Position numbers and translations under genes: made by a program
The notes under the pieces: model-generated
What the model saw: only the letters and a program-made list of their open reading frames with translations
What the model was told of the DNA's origin: nothing
The model's database searches: none
Source: Lingula anatina
Taxonomy: Eukaryota; Animalia; Brachiopoda
Length of the DNA stretch: 64,000 nt
Direction: 5' to 3'
NCBI GenBank assembly: GCA_051362555.1
Contig: CM120640.1
Location: 23,670,225 to 23,734,224, forward strand
Shown: positions 15,101-28,800 of the stretch, in pieces
Layout: every line of letters starts with the position of its first letter
Numbering within the stretch: the first letter of the stretch is position 1

Positions 15101-17470
15101 ACTTATATGTGAAATAGTGCAATATGCTGTGTGGATGGTTGCTAATACCTATGGTGTATACAGGTGTATTTGGATAAGATTACGTGAGGGAGTCCTGGAA
15201 GGAAATCGTTAGGTTAAATATAATATTGCGGCCAAATCTCTTTTAGTGACTGACCCCCCCCTTAGGGTCAGAGTGCAGGAATCACTAGGCAGGGTCCAAG
15301 AGGCAGGCTCCCCCTATACAACACGGGTAAGCAGTGGAAAGAGCTAATATTTAGAGAACAAACTTGCAGAACATAAGTGGGATTTTTTCCTCTTTTGTGC
15401 CCGAGTTCTGTTGACACATTCCTTCCACCCCCTGTCTTGGTTGCAGCAATGAATGTGTCCTGTTGTAGCCGTTACTTCAACTGTAACACCCTGAACTAGA
15501 GTTTTCAGTTTACCTCTTTTCTTTGAAGAGAAAAGTTCAGGCCATAGACAAAAAGGGGGCACAGGCTCCATTTACATTCAATAGGAAAAAGTGTGAAAGA
15601 TCGGGCAGCCTGATTTGAACTGGATTGTGTACTAAAATTTGCTCCGCTTTCACGTAACTGTCAACAACAAGAACAAGGACAGAAACAAGGAAATTAGAGA
15701 AGAATAAGGGCACTGTTTGAATATATAAGAGTCCCACTTGGGACTGGTAAACACTTTTGAAATCTCGTCCTTGATCAGGGTTTTACAGAATACACCAGGT
15801 TAATGAGAACTTTGTGTGGTAAGTGCATGCTGTTAGACTGTCATTTTTTCACTTTTGAACAAGTTCTATTAGAGGTGAATAATGGCAAGTAGTGGTTTTT
15901 ATGTGGAGTAAATAGTTCAGTTCATTACCATGTGGTGACCAAATGTGCTTGATTATTGCTAACAAAGCTGTGGTCTGAAGTCACATATTGTAGACTGAAA
16001 GTGTCACATGTTGGCATTTCAAAATTTGCATTTTTTGTATGTTATCACAGTTTTATGAATTATTGTGGTTTGATATGCCACAAATCAAGACATTTTGGTA
16101 AGTGTCAGAATATATGTGGGGTAAATTTATGGTTTAATGTGATATTGTTTATAAATATGTTGTTATCCAATGTGGACCTGAACCAGATTATTGATATGTG
16201 AAGATAATTTGAAGAAAAAAGAATGTGTGTCATACCCTCCCTCTTAAACTTTTATAATTAAAAAATGTTAATTATTGGTATTAAAAAAAGTCTACATTTT
16301 CTCACTGTAGACAAGGTCAAGTTTCCATTGTGAAGCTGAATATTGATGTTGAAGGAAAAAGTAACCCTTTCACATTGCTTGTTCATTAAAATAAAGTGTT
16401 TTTCCCAAAAAGTTCATCTACATTATTTACAAAAAAAGTCAGTTAAGTCACAAAATGTATGTCTTAACCAGACTGAGAATTAGTTTGGGAACAAAAACCA
16501 TTGCTGGTGGGAATTATGCCTAGCATGTGGTGAAAGCAGTTAGATCTGCCGTTACAGTCATTAAATGAACCATGTGCCGTGACGGATTTTAATTGGTGTG
16601 AAAAAAAACTTAGAACTTTGTAAAAGTAAAAGGTGATTCATGGTATATAAACATAATGTCCAGCCACAAACAAAACATAATCGTGTTGTAATGAACCACA
16701 ATATTTTTCTGTTACTCTGACATTAGAAAGTTACAAGAGTTGAACAAGTAGAACAGTTGTCATATCTTCTCAGAAGGGGTCCCAAATATGATAGAAAACA
16801 AAAATAGGTGCCAAAACAGGACATAAAGGATCCTGTTGTTCCTTAGTTACAAGGGCATAAGAAATTATAAAAACACCAGTTTTACTGTTTAGCTAATGAA
16901 CAAAACAAGCTGTCATGGAAGGTTCAGTCTATATTTAAAGGTCCTAAGGCAAAAAAGTAGAAATAAGATTATATCAGTTATTGTTGTATAGATTACTTTA
17001 TAAAAAGAGTTATATTGTATAGAATGGTTTGTTTGAAATTAAGGGTCAGCAAAAAAGTGTGAAATAAACGTACCGTGGGTGTTGAAATCGGTTATTTTTA
17101 GTTCAGACAAGTGGGATCCACCCATCTATTATTTTCAGCTGATATCCCATGGTAACAACTCCAATAGCAAACACCATTGTGGATACTGTCAGTACTAATA
17201 ATAACTTGTAAATAAAAAGCTTCGCTAGTCTTCCAATGGTATTATTAAAATACACTAGCTTAAAGAAGGCACTTCAGTTTTCTTACAGCAGGTAAGGAGC
17301 TTAAGGTATTTTAATCTTTTTTTTTACCTGGGATTTAAGTAGAGACAAGATTGTATTAGAATTTAAATGAACAAAAAAGTAATGTTGGCAGCAGATTACA
17401 TTTTAAGTTGAGATCAAATCCCAGTTTCTTTAGCTGTTTGTGTTGGTGAGAATGTGTACTGTTGATAGAC

Positions 17471-20400
17471 TGAGTCAGTGTTTGATTTTACTATTTAAGT
17501 TTCTACACATTTTCCTGATTAATTTATAAACCCTTGAAAAATGTGTCCATCAACCAGTTTTATGTAAGGATGGGATAGAGAAAATGAATTCATAAAATGT
17601 TTGGTACTATTTCGACAAATTGACAGGGACAATTTTTTCCCACTAGCTGATTTGGCAAGTGGAACTGAGCATTTATCGTTAAACAAAGTTATCATTGTGT
17701 GACCACATGCAAGGTATCCATGTATTAGCTATATTATGTGAAATTAGCCTTCTGTTAGGTAGGGGGTGGATATTTTAAAACTGAGTCAGCGTCTTTTGTT
17801 AACCGGAATATATCCAAGCCATTTTGCTCGAGGCCCCATCACCAAATTTAATACCTGGTTAGAAGGCAAGAGAGTGGGTTGAATGACATGCTACTGTTTC
17901 CTAATGTTTTCTGTGTCATCCCACATATTTTCCTGATATTCAAATATTAAGATATTGAATATTTCCTATTGAGATTAAAACAAAAATTCTTGGTCATTAT
18001 CATGTCATTTTGTACACAGTTCATAGATAAAAGACATTTGTGCTAAATGCACACATCAGAATTGGCAGTTGGAAATAATTTCTATTGATTTATTCTGTGA
18101 AAATGCATAAAAATTTGATGGGTGATCATTGGTGATGGTGGTGGTAGAGAGGGAGCAGTGTACAGTTTCTTTGGTAGAAATTTTCCCTATTTCAGTCCTT
18201 TAAACTGAACTGATATAAACCAATTTTGAGAAAGGGCTTGGATCTACTCATTGTTTACTTTGCACAGTTGGTGTGGTAATGTCTATAGAAGCTGTGATGT
18301 AATATTTCTCCTTTACTGAAGAAGGTATGCCAAGTGGCAGTCTCCTGTAGGGTTCTATAGAAGTAGTACACAGTATTTGATATGACACTTCTCTAGGCAA
18401 GATGTTATTATTCATGATTTAACAGAAAGTATTTTTTTTTTGCCTGGGTCAGTCTCATTTTCCACTGAACATTTTTTTTTCTTTAGGAATTTTCTTTAAA
18501 TAATGAGTGTGTAACCTAAATTAGATTTGTAAGCGTGAAACATCTCATGAATTACACCTTATGTTGGACATCTATGCAGGTAGATTAGTGTGTTTTAATA
18601 GATAAAGTGAGCAGTTTAATGGAAAGGCTTGCGGATATATGAGGAACCGCATGTAAGCAAGTAATCACTTTAAGCTTATCAGGTTTTGGTGGTTTGATAG
18701 AAAGTGAATGTTTCTGTTGTTGTTCCCATATTGAATTGGATATGTGACTTAACATGTACCTGAGATGTTTATTTATCATTGTAAAGTATACAGAGTTTGC
18801 TGCCAGGCTGATATTCCTTATCTTGTGCCTAATGGAGATTATTCGGTACGTGCTTGATGGCAGGGTTCGAAATAACGGCCCATCCAGGTCCCTTTGCAAG
18901 GCCATTTTCTTGATAATTCGTATCACTTTTGGATACATTACTGGTAGTGACTGGCCAGGATTCAGGATAAGAGAAGTTACGCTATTGGAAACATTTTGGA
19001 GTTTTTGACAAGTGAGCACTACATGTGTGTTTGTAAAGGTTGAGTGAATAATAGAGTGTCCAACCCACCTGTTCCAGCTCCTTAAGAATTTTTCCCTTTG
19101 TTTTTGTTGTTATCAATAGAGGGCATTGTCTATCAGAGAAACCCAAGAAGCTCTGATGTCTAATTTCAAGAACAATTTGGGTTATACTTTTTCAATTCTG
19201 AAAAGAACTTTTTGAGTGGTTGCTGTACTTGTGGTGAATACTAAGTAGCTAAAAAATCTTGTCATCAACTTAACAGCCACCAATAAGTTTGCCAAAATAA
19301 CAAAGGTCAGGATTTTTGAAAATTAATCGGTTGAGATTTTTGCAGGTGGTTGAAGTATCAAATTTTAACCGTTTTGCTTTTCCATTGGGAAACTGGATCC
19401 CTTCTCTCTGCATACCTGTGTTATTGAGATGTCAAAAGCACTACTGTTAGTATTGTGTGAGGCCCTGGTGAGTCATCAGGGGGACACTTTTTCCAAAGTC
19501 CTCTTATATTTGTGTGCACAGGTAGCTGTGAGTAATGACGCAGTGGTCTGTGATAGAAGGTTCAATAGACAGTGGTGGGAATTTGGTTTCAGACTCTCAC
19601 GTCCAGTTTGTTTGATGTAAGTAGGTTTATGTTTGTATTTGTTTATTTATGAAAAATAGCTCCTAGGCGTATTTGAAATTCAACATATTTTGATGCCTTA
19701 CCAACAGTGAGATCTGTCTTCAGGAAGTGTTTATTGTTAATGTGATTTAATTATTTAGGGATTTTACTGAGATTTGATTGAACCAATTTAAGATGTGATA
19801 TTTTAAATTAAGTTGGCCTGAGGTTACCGAGTTATGACTGTGTTGTTGTAGAACCCTATTAGTATAAAATGTGTTGTTGTAGAACACTATTAAAATACTT
19901 CAACCCCAGGGCAGCATGTTCATAACAAATTTATATGTCTATTGGAAGAAAAAAGAGTTAAAGATAATTTTACAAGTAAGATCATCTAAGGACAGAATTG
20001 ATGCTGTATTTTATTTCTGGCTGTTTAATTATCGTACAGATTTTATACAGATGTGGTTTGATTTAAATATTCAAATCTGCTCTACCACAATCATTGTTCC
20101 TGTCAATAGGGGGCAGCACATATATGCAATGTATGCAAGTTTCTGGTGTGTCCTTTGTTTTCATTTGCTGCAATCCTGATTGAGTACAAATTGTGCTACT
20201 GGTTTTCTTTAATTTTGCTATCAATAATGGCTTTGGTTTTTGGATAGGCTCAGTCCCCTTGCAGCACATCGGCAACGTGTATGTTAAGCTAATATGCTGT
20301 TTTACATGCATCACGCAAAGAAAATGGTCCCAATAGAAAAAAGTCAGAATTTGAAATTGACCTAGGAGAAAAAATAGACAAGATCTCGGGAATTGAGAGT

Positions 20401-21998
20401 GACATTTTCTTCGGCTGCAGTTTCTGACCAGACAGTTCTCTTCAGGGTTATATTCATGAAATTTTAAGTATTATTTGATGGAAATGAGGAATAGTTATTA
20501 GCCTGCCAAATGCAACATTCATTTCCTCCACTAAAAATTACAGTGCATTCTATCTTGATTTACCTTTGCATTTCTCTTAATGCTCCATAATACTTTTGAA
20601 ATAAAACAAAATTTACTCTAATATTCACAGTAGATGTTTTTTAGAAAAGGCTGTAAACTTTTTTCATCTGCAGAAAATAAAGCTGTATTTTCAAAAATGA
20701 GATTTTTACAGAAAAGAAAGATAGTTGAAATATTTTTGATAAAGAGAGAGTTTTGTGGTTCTGGCTTGTATGCACATGAAGACTTACACATGGATGATAG
20801 CAATCCAATACTCGTGTCACCAGGTGTAGAATGAGTAGTACTACATAGATATCCACACATGTTCCGTCTTCCCAGTTCTGCCTTGTGACAGATGTCTCCC
20901 TCAGTCATCAAAAGTACTAACTCTGTGGCATAATGTTCTACGTTTGAGAAATTAATAGCTTGTCTCTGATATTGATAATGCAGTTACGTTTTCACATGTA
21001 ATGTTATTACACCAGGTTGTACTAATGACTTCATTGATGACTTCATTGACAAGGTATCTGCATTAGTTTTGATGAACAATTGATTGAGTGACTCATTATG
21101 CCCATGATAAGCTAGACCCCCGTGTATATTGTCTTGTATGAAATATTGAAATAAATCTAAAAAGCCTTTTATGGTTTATATAACATTGTGAATATTGATA
21201 AACTCTATCCAGTATTAATTTTCAAGGGTAATACCTTATGTGAACATTGACCTTATAGTGCATTGGTTTAAAGAGAAAAAACGGTTTAACAAATGGCTGA
21301 ATATAGATAATTTAGTGGAGTTAAATCACTCTTGCCTTTACTTGCACTAAGTGAAAGAGAAAACATGGTGTGACCACAATGTGATGGAAATGTTCAACAC
21401 AAAGGGCACAGCTATTAGGTTGCTGACTTTCTGTCTGAGCTCATTCAGTCTGTCAGGACAGCTTTTCTGTGTCGTTTGTTCATCTATTTTGCGGTATTTT
21501 ACCATGGGTCGGAAGGTTTTTTTTTTTTTACAAGGTTTAGCGAAGGTAATACAAGGATGACTCAGTCCTTTTTGTGATCAGTAAAAGCAAAGTTTTAGGA
21601 TGTTGATTTTTTAAAAAAATTTTTACTAGTGAAAAAGGTATTTGATTTATTTAGTGGAGTATATTTTATTAATATTTATTCATAGTTATTATGTTTCACA
21701 ACAAGCACATAGCGACTTGTGTAAAAACTTCAAAAGAAAAAAAAAACTATGACTCATTGGAACATTGGTTTAAATAATTCCCCCAGCTGCAGTTACAGCT
21801 CTTAATTGTTAAAAAAACTGTATTAGCGGTTTTGCTCTATGCTAGCCGAGTCTTTATCCTGACAATTGCATGATTTAATTTTGATTAGGTTATCAAATTT
21901 GTGTCAATCTTCCTGCAATAAGTAATGAAATTATAACTTTCTAGTGATCAGCTGTGATTTTATCATGAGCTGAAAATCTGTCAACGTAATGTGAGTCA
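17471..21998. promoter_or_regulatory. Cluster of AP-1 (TGASTCA) sites upstream of leader exon A
   Basis: Perfect sites at 17471, 17782, 19469, 21089, 21558, 21750 and 21992. Confidence 0.4.
19839..19892. repeat. Local tandem duplication, period 31 (tgtgttgttgtagaac[c/a]ctatta x2)
   Basis: Direct read; 22 of 23 nt identical. Confidence 0.85.
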
Positions 21999-22671
21999 TT
22001 TTACTCATAAAACAATTTTATAGTCCTTATTGTCTTGTTTCTTTTGTATTTATTTTGATTTATAATCATGAGCAGCATTGACATCCTGTAAGAAGCACAG
22101 AAATATGAGATATGTTCTTTTTTGATTGCAGCTGGTATACAATGGGATATTGTTGATTGTTATCTGTTGGCACAAGTCCCAATCAATTCAGTTGTAATCC
22201 CTTAGGCTATAGGTTGGGGAGAAATTCACACCTTCTTTTCTACAAAGTCCACTTTTATTACAGGCTCATGGCGGTCACTTGTAAAGGCAGGAGTAACATT
22301 TACCAGCCTTTATTTTGCCTGTCACACTACCTTGCTCAATAGGTGAATTAGCTCAAACTTGATTGGCTCCTTTGTTGAACCAGACTGAGGCTTGCACATG
22401 AATAATTAATATCTTACTGTACTGTGTGTGAGTGTTTGTAAGTGTATACACAAAGCTGCATGGCAGTGGATGTAGAGAGGTGTTGAACTATATTCTACAG
22501 TGACAAGAGGGGAATTCCAAGTCACATGGAGTACCAGTACTAACTGAAGCAAGGTTTCTTTCTACTCAGGATTACCATTCAGGAGTGCCCAGAACAGCAG
22601 CAGAGAGAGGGAGAGAAGAGGAAGGAGGGGTGTTGACAACTGGTAGTAGTAGGGTCCAGTCAGGCCAGTAT

Positions 22672-22708
22672 TCTTACCATTTGTTTCGTGTATGTTTTCT
22701 AGGTAAGC
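22672..22708 (+). other. Composite 3'ss/5'ss (recursive-splice-like site) at the start of leader exon A
   Basis: tcttaccatttgtttcgtgtatgttttctAG|GTAAGC, with about 32 nt free of AG upstream. Confidence 0.4.
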
Positions 22709-22727
22709 TAAGCGCTGGCAAATTACA

Positions 22728-22821
22728 ATGAAGCCTAGCTTAGGGGACCAAGTTCTCATCTTCTTAGCAACATTATGCTTGGCCTCCTGTCGATTGTCAG
22801 AAGCGGACGATGGAAATTTAC
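22728..22821 (+). CDS. Lar: Lar leader exon A: signal peptide MKPSLGDQVLIFLATLCLASCRLSEA-DDGNL, splices in phase 1 to the Ig1 exon
   Basis: ACAATG start context; in-frame upstream TAA at 22704-22706; hydrophobic core VLIFLATLCLA; S-E-A cleavage motif; 31 codons + 1 nt then GTGAGT donor at 22822; C + AT (37918) gives His and continues in frame into EPSIIQ. Confidence 0.8.
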
Positions 22822-25800
22822 GTGAGTACACCTTTAATTTTTCATATTTTTCAAATGTGGTTTTGTGTTATTGAGAAATCTCCCGCTAGTCCTTAGCCAT
22901 CACTTTCAATGAAATCCCATTAGTGAAGTATTTGGACATTACACAAGCAGTGAGAAATCGTTTAACTGTCAAGTGAGTCTCATAGTGTAACATTACCTAG
23001 AATGCCTTCTGCCTTCTCCCTCATTGAAATACATGAGATTGACAGCTAAGTGCTAGTAGATCATGTGGTTTAATGTCAGGCCTGACACTGCTTTTATCCA
23101 TTTTATGATCAAATTGAATTCCTTGTTTGATTTGGTTACTGTTTAATCTGAGATTGTTTCAGGCCCTGAATATCGGTGGACATGAAAGCTTTTAGAATAG
23201 ATACAAATTACTTTCTTTCATGCAAGGTAATAATGAAATGCGGTGTCATTGTTCGATAATGCACACCTGTATTTGGAAAGGTGTAACTTGACATCAGACA
23301 TGTAAAGGATACCAAGAAATTCAATCAGAAATTAATCATTCGGGGGCAGTTGATTTTGGTTAATGAATAAGGCAAATAGTGGTATATATATGGTTCTATT
23401 TTTAATGGTTCACTGGGTAAAAGCACACCATCCTGACCCCTCTTCTGCTCTGATACTGAGCCTTTCTTGATACAGATGGCTAGGTGGTTAGGAGGAGGTT
23501 TCTCTCAGTCTGAGATTTATTATATGAAATAGTTACTTGTGATTTATATCTGTAAAAAAATTAATTTTTTTTTTCACATTTTGAGGGGAGGAGCGCAAGG
23601 GGTACACATGGATCAGTGAATTGTGAGGGGTTCACTAAGATCCAAAGTTACTTTTGATGTTTCTTTAAAATTTCGTACCAGAGTATCCAGGAAAAACCTT
23701 TGCCTTTTTAAAACCAGTTTTCATTGTGTCCCAGCACATTCTTTAAGCTGTGTAATTAATCCTGTTTTGGGAAATAAGATTTTTTTACTCTCCTTGCACT
23801 CCTCTGAATGCTAAGAGCATGTAATCTAATTGTTCACGATCCAGCACTGATCAGCTGTGTGATAAAGCACAGAAGAGCTTTTGCTCGAAACCCTGCTATC
23901 TATCCTCAAGGCCTGCCATTTGGGAAAACAGAAAAAATTGAACCTGGATTGGTGGATAAAAATTAACAGTTTCAACCTAAAAGAAAAAGAGATACTGAGC
24001 ACTCCCATGTCACCAAAATTCTAATTTCCTTAGAATGCAGAGTACTTCTGGTTCAAGAGGTTGTGCTTTTATACATTTAGCCTGAATGGTAGAGCACACA
24101 TAGGAATAAAATACACTAATATAGTACATACACAAGTTATTTATAAAATGGTACCATTTAATAACATGAACAAATGATTGAGAAGACAAAGCAGAAAAAC
24201 AGAAATAATGTTGCTACAATACACCCTTTTCTCATGACTGGAGTGCTGGGCTTGGCTTTTGCTTTCTTTGATCATGCAACTCTGCTTGACATTTATAGCT
24301 TAAGAGTAAAGCTAAATGCTATATTCATAATTCATTATTCACAATGATACCCAACCTCAAAGTCTGTACCAGAACAGTGCGTTTTAATGGCTGCTCTCTG
24401 GCCTGTCTACAATACATGATTGATATGTAGGAGCAAAAAAAAAAAAAAAAAAAGTCCATACACAGGAATCATACTCGAGTTTGACATGTTACTGGTGTGA
24501 TGTATTGGTTGACTATTGTGGCAATTCCTATGCCAGCAATATGTATTGAGTTGAATAATGGAGAGCAGCATAGAATGACTGATGGATTTCTGGAGTGTTC
24601 AGTACAGAAAAATATTAAAAGTAATGGCCACATCAGTATAAAGTCTTGTGTCTCCTTCCAGCATCATGGCTTAAAGAAATGTGTCCCCTGATCCTGCTGA
24701 CTTGTAATGGTCGAGTTTAGAGGGAAGAAATATGCATAATCAGCCTGACTGCCTGCTCACAGAAACAGGCAATTAGAGGAGCTCCTTGCTGTGTTAGGCA
24801 CTTCAAAACGTCCCTTAAGTCGATCAACTTGGCTATTTTAGCTATAAATTTGAGAAAAGACCCATGCAAGGTTACTCTACTATGCGGCACATGGCGACAA
24901 AGTTAACTTTCCTGTTATTGATCTCCAAAAGGGAGACTGCAAGCCGGTGTGTGTATATTGGTTGGGTTGGACTAACAAGTGTGGAAATTCAGGGCTAGGC
25001 TGGCTGATTGATTTTCATCTAATTACAATATATCCTATTAGACCCAGAGGCTCAAACTTTCAGTTTTCATTAATTATTCAGGTAGAAAAGTTTGTGATAC
25101 TTTAGTCCAAAGTTGATACTAATGTCCCTGACAGGCAGATAATTGTAAAAAGAATGGAAATACGCTGAATGATCGAGTAGAATTCCCATTTCCAGCACTG
25201 ATTTTAAGACTAAACAACTGGGTACATTTGAGTGCAGATACTGATCACTCAGGCTGAAAAAGATGCCAGTTTTTGTTTGTTTTTGCTGAAAACAATTGGC
25301 ACACTAGAAGATACCATTTCTAAACAAAATAGAAGACCAGAGTCTTCAGGAAGTAAGACCAATCCCAATCCAAATCCAGAGGCAGTAATTTTGAGTTCTT
25401 TGATTATCTGGCCAACACACCTGTGCAGTGGTGCTGGTAGTTTGATATTGGAAATGGGTTTTAAGGTCCAAGTTTAGTGTAATTATTGGTGGAAGAGATC
25501 TAGAAAACTTCAGAACCTTTCAGACCATGTACCTGTATTCTGCATTTAAAACAGCATGGTTGTTTTGAATTAGGAATGGAAGTTCTGTGATACATTTCAA
25601 CATTAATGTACCAAAGGTCTGCATGGAACAGTGCAGAGAGATGGCAAAAGCATATTCTGTTATGATAGCTGCATATGACATGTGGAAAGGCAACTGCTGT
25701 CTGAAATGGATAGGGATTCAATATTTAGACTGTTTTCAGCCATTGCTTTAAATATAATTGGCAGAATTGGCTTGGAGAACACTTCTGTTTAGACAGCAGG

Positions 25801-28800
25801 ATTGATGGGCCATCATTTAAGGGCTTTTGCCCCTTCACCTGTGAGAACTACCTCAACAATTCCATGCATGCAGATTCTAATAATACTGGCCATATTTGTG
25901 TAGGACACTCAGTGATGCTTAATATGTGCCAGAGCTTGCTCTGAAGAGATAGAGATGATGTACAGCAAAAGGTGTTTGCACTGTACTGCTGTGCTTATAG
26001 GCCCGTTGCTGCGCAAAAACATGTTTGATATTGCCATTATTGTGATGAAATTGATAGTTAACCGCATCAGGTGTTACTGATTTTCCTTTATCGGCCCCAC
26101 CCTCTTCGCCTTTGTAAGAAAATATATCTACCATGCCAGGTATATGCATATTAAAAATTACTTTTGTTTTTGAAGGTATTGTTTTTGGTATTGATTGTGA
26201 ATAGTTGACATTCCCAGCCTTTCTGTGCACCTGGCTTGTGAAAACACTTTTATCCATGTTTGGTTCAATCCCAGTGTTTTCATGTATGAAAGAATATCAA
26301 GTTGATGATGAGAAATGCAGAGGCAGTCCTCAGATCTCTGGGTCTAAAATTGATTCTGATCCCCTTCATGTAAGATAGTGTGAATATGAATGCCGAGGCG
26401 TGTTTGAACCGATAAAATGTATCATGTATCAGTTCTACATGCCGACTACTGCAAATGGGTGGATTATAATAAATAAGATATGTTATTGAGAATAAGCCGT
26501 CTGAGTGTCTCCTGGTCATCTCCTGGGGTCAGGTCAGTGTGAGAATCTCATATGGCCATTTTTTTGTAGCTCAAGTCGCAGGATCGAGATGATTTGCATA
26601 AATTATTCACGACTTTGGAGTACTCAAGTTCTGTTGAATGTAATTCTGTGACACAGAGTGTATTGATTACTTGGACTTAAATGATAAGCTACCAAGCATT
26701 ATGTCAACATTGAAGACTCCATACTTGATTCATTCCCAATTTTCTCAGCATTGACAAATAGACTGAGGCTATCAATTAGGCTTCTTTTTATTTGCATGCT
26801 TCATTAAAAACCCAACAAAACCCACCAGTGCAGATGATGCGTATTCCATGGTGTCTTTACACTATGTTAAATACCTTCAATACTAGGATTAGATCATATG
26901 TGCATGGCTACACGTACACACACGTACACACATGCATGCACTTACTGCTTACAAAATTAGATTTCTATTACTGCTTTATGTGTTATGAAATATAATAACA
27001 TCAATACAGTAATAGATATAGACCCCAAAAACGCAAGTTTCAGGGAACATGGGAGGAATCACAACCTTTGCATGATACTTGACATTCAATCACCCAACTT
27101 TCCATGCCAGTGATTATGGGATAATTCCCCCACTTTGCCCATTATATCTCATATGACACCCACATTATTTACATGATCTATAGATATGAATTTTTTGAAG
27201 GCCAACCTTTTGTTCATATTGTTCCTGTAATTGCTGAAACGTTAGCCTAAATTTTGATAATGCAAAAATAGCATTATATTCCCACTAGTGCATTCTATTT
27301 GTTCAGTTTATGGTCAGTGAGTTCTCGGTAATAATGAAGTTCTTGTGGTGGCTTTAAATTGCTTGTGACTGAAAACAATGCACTCTCAGATACTTATATC
27401 TTGAATGTGATTATATTTTACCCCCTCCCCCCCCCCAAAAAAAAAAAAGGATTAGAGCAATCAATTACATAATGTTGAGTACAAATATTTGAAAAAAAAA
27501 CTCAGAGAAACAGTTTTCTTATCTTGAAGTCTGAAGACTGAATGTTCTCTCTCACAGAATGGATGTTCATCATTAATCCTTTGTCTCATTAAAACATTGC
27601 TTGATGAGAGAAAAATTATCTGTCAATTAAATGGAATGATAAATGGCAGCATATGAACTTGTATTTATCAGTACTGATAACACGGATTCATATTAAAAAG
27701 CAAATTAATGGAAATGGAGGAAATGGAACCAACAAAGAAGGTTGGGGGCTTTGTTGGCATCACTGTGATTGGCGTCATGTGTTTTAAGATTTGTGTTAAT
27801 TAAGATGGAATTGTATGATTCTGGCGCCAGTCAGGGTTTGAGCTGTTTGGTCACATTTGTAAATGCAGCAAAGCGTGTGGCTTTTAACTTAATGGGAAAG
27901 TCATCAACTGCTCGCAGGAATTTCCAGGGAATGAAACGGAAAATGTTTTGTTGTCTCTTGACCTGGAAATAAGATATTTTCCAACTGTGTCAATATATAT
28001 TCTGCTTGCAATTTTTAGTGCATTAACTTTGTAGGTGATTTGGTTTTTGGATGTTCATCTGGACAAGCTATTGTAGAATTTTGTGCCTTAAAAAGAGGAT
28101 ATCCAATAATTGCTGGTTTTAAAAACCAGTGGAAATTGGAAAGTAAGACAAGAGTCGCAAAAAGTGACTCAAGATGTAATTTGTCAAATGACAAAAAACA
28201 AGATTTCTACTTGAAGCAAATGTATGCTTTTACCTATGCTTTAAGTTTCGTTTCATCTCATACAGCTAAAACAAAACAAAAATTCACTGAATGCATGGAA
28301 AAGGTGGCAGGTATAGGCATTCATTCTTGATTCTACCAAGTGACAGATCTGAGTTTGATCTAAAACATCCTGGTGAAAGTGCTACTTCAAATGTTTTCTG
28401 GTTGTTAAATGTTTCACAGAATGAACTCCTCTTACATTCAAGACAACTACAAGCCAAAGTTTTAGAATGGGATTATCAGGGTTCAGAAAAAGAGAGGGGG
28501 GGCGTGATGATGTTTTATCATGCAATTTGTCATTTAAGGTCCAAAATTTTCAGCTGTGGGATGTCTTTTTGCTTAAAGGTCGTAATCTGTACACAGGTTG
28601 ATATTCTGTTGGGGGAAAATCATGTATAATGTAAGGTGCTTGCTTGTTGTCTTGCATAATTAAGGCAATCCCAGTTGCTTGAAGATCAAGGTGACCATAA
28701 CATTGTTTGCTCCAAACAATATTGGCTCAAAGTATAAGGCATGAAACTTGTCTCTGCATCCATGACCTGGACCATTTATCCTGTAATGTGCCCCATCATA

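Noticed and set aside
15803-16097. Short ATG frames ending in strong phase-1 donors (MRTLC at 15803-15818; MNYCGLICHKSRHF ending about 16097)
   Set aside because: No signal peptide; a phase match has a 1-in-3 chance.
18585-19019. Overlapping 144-aa (-) and 84-aa (+) ORFs
   Set aside because: No recognisable domain and no compatible strong splice sites.
19429-19467. MSKALLLVLCEAL followed by GTGAGT
   Set aside because: Phase 0, incompatible with Ig1; the donor-like word overlaps an AP-1 motif.
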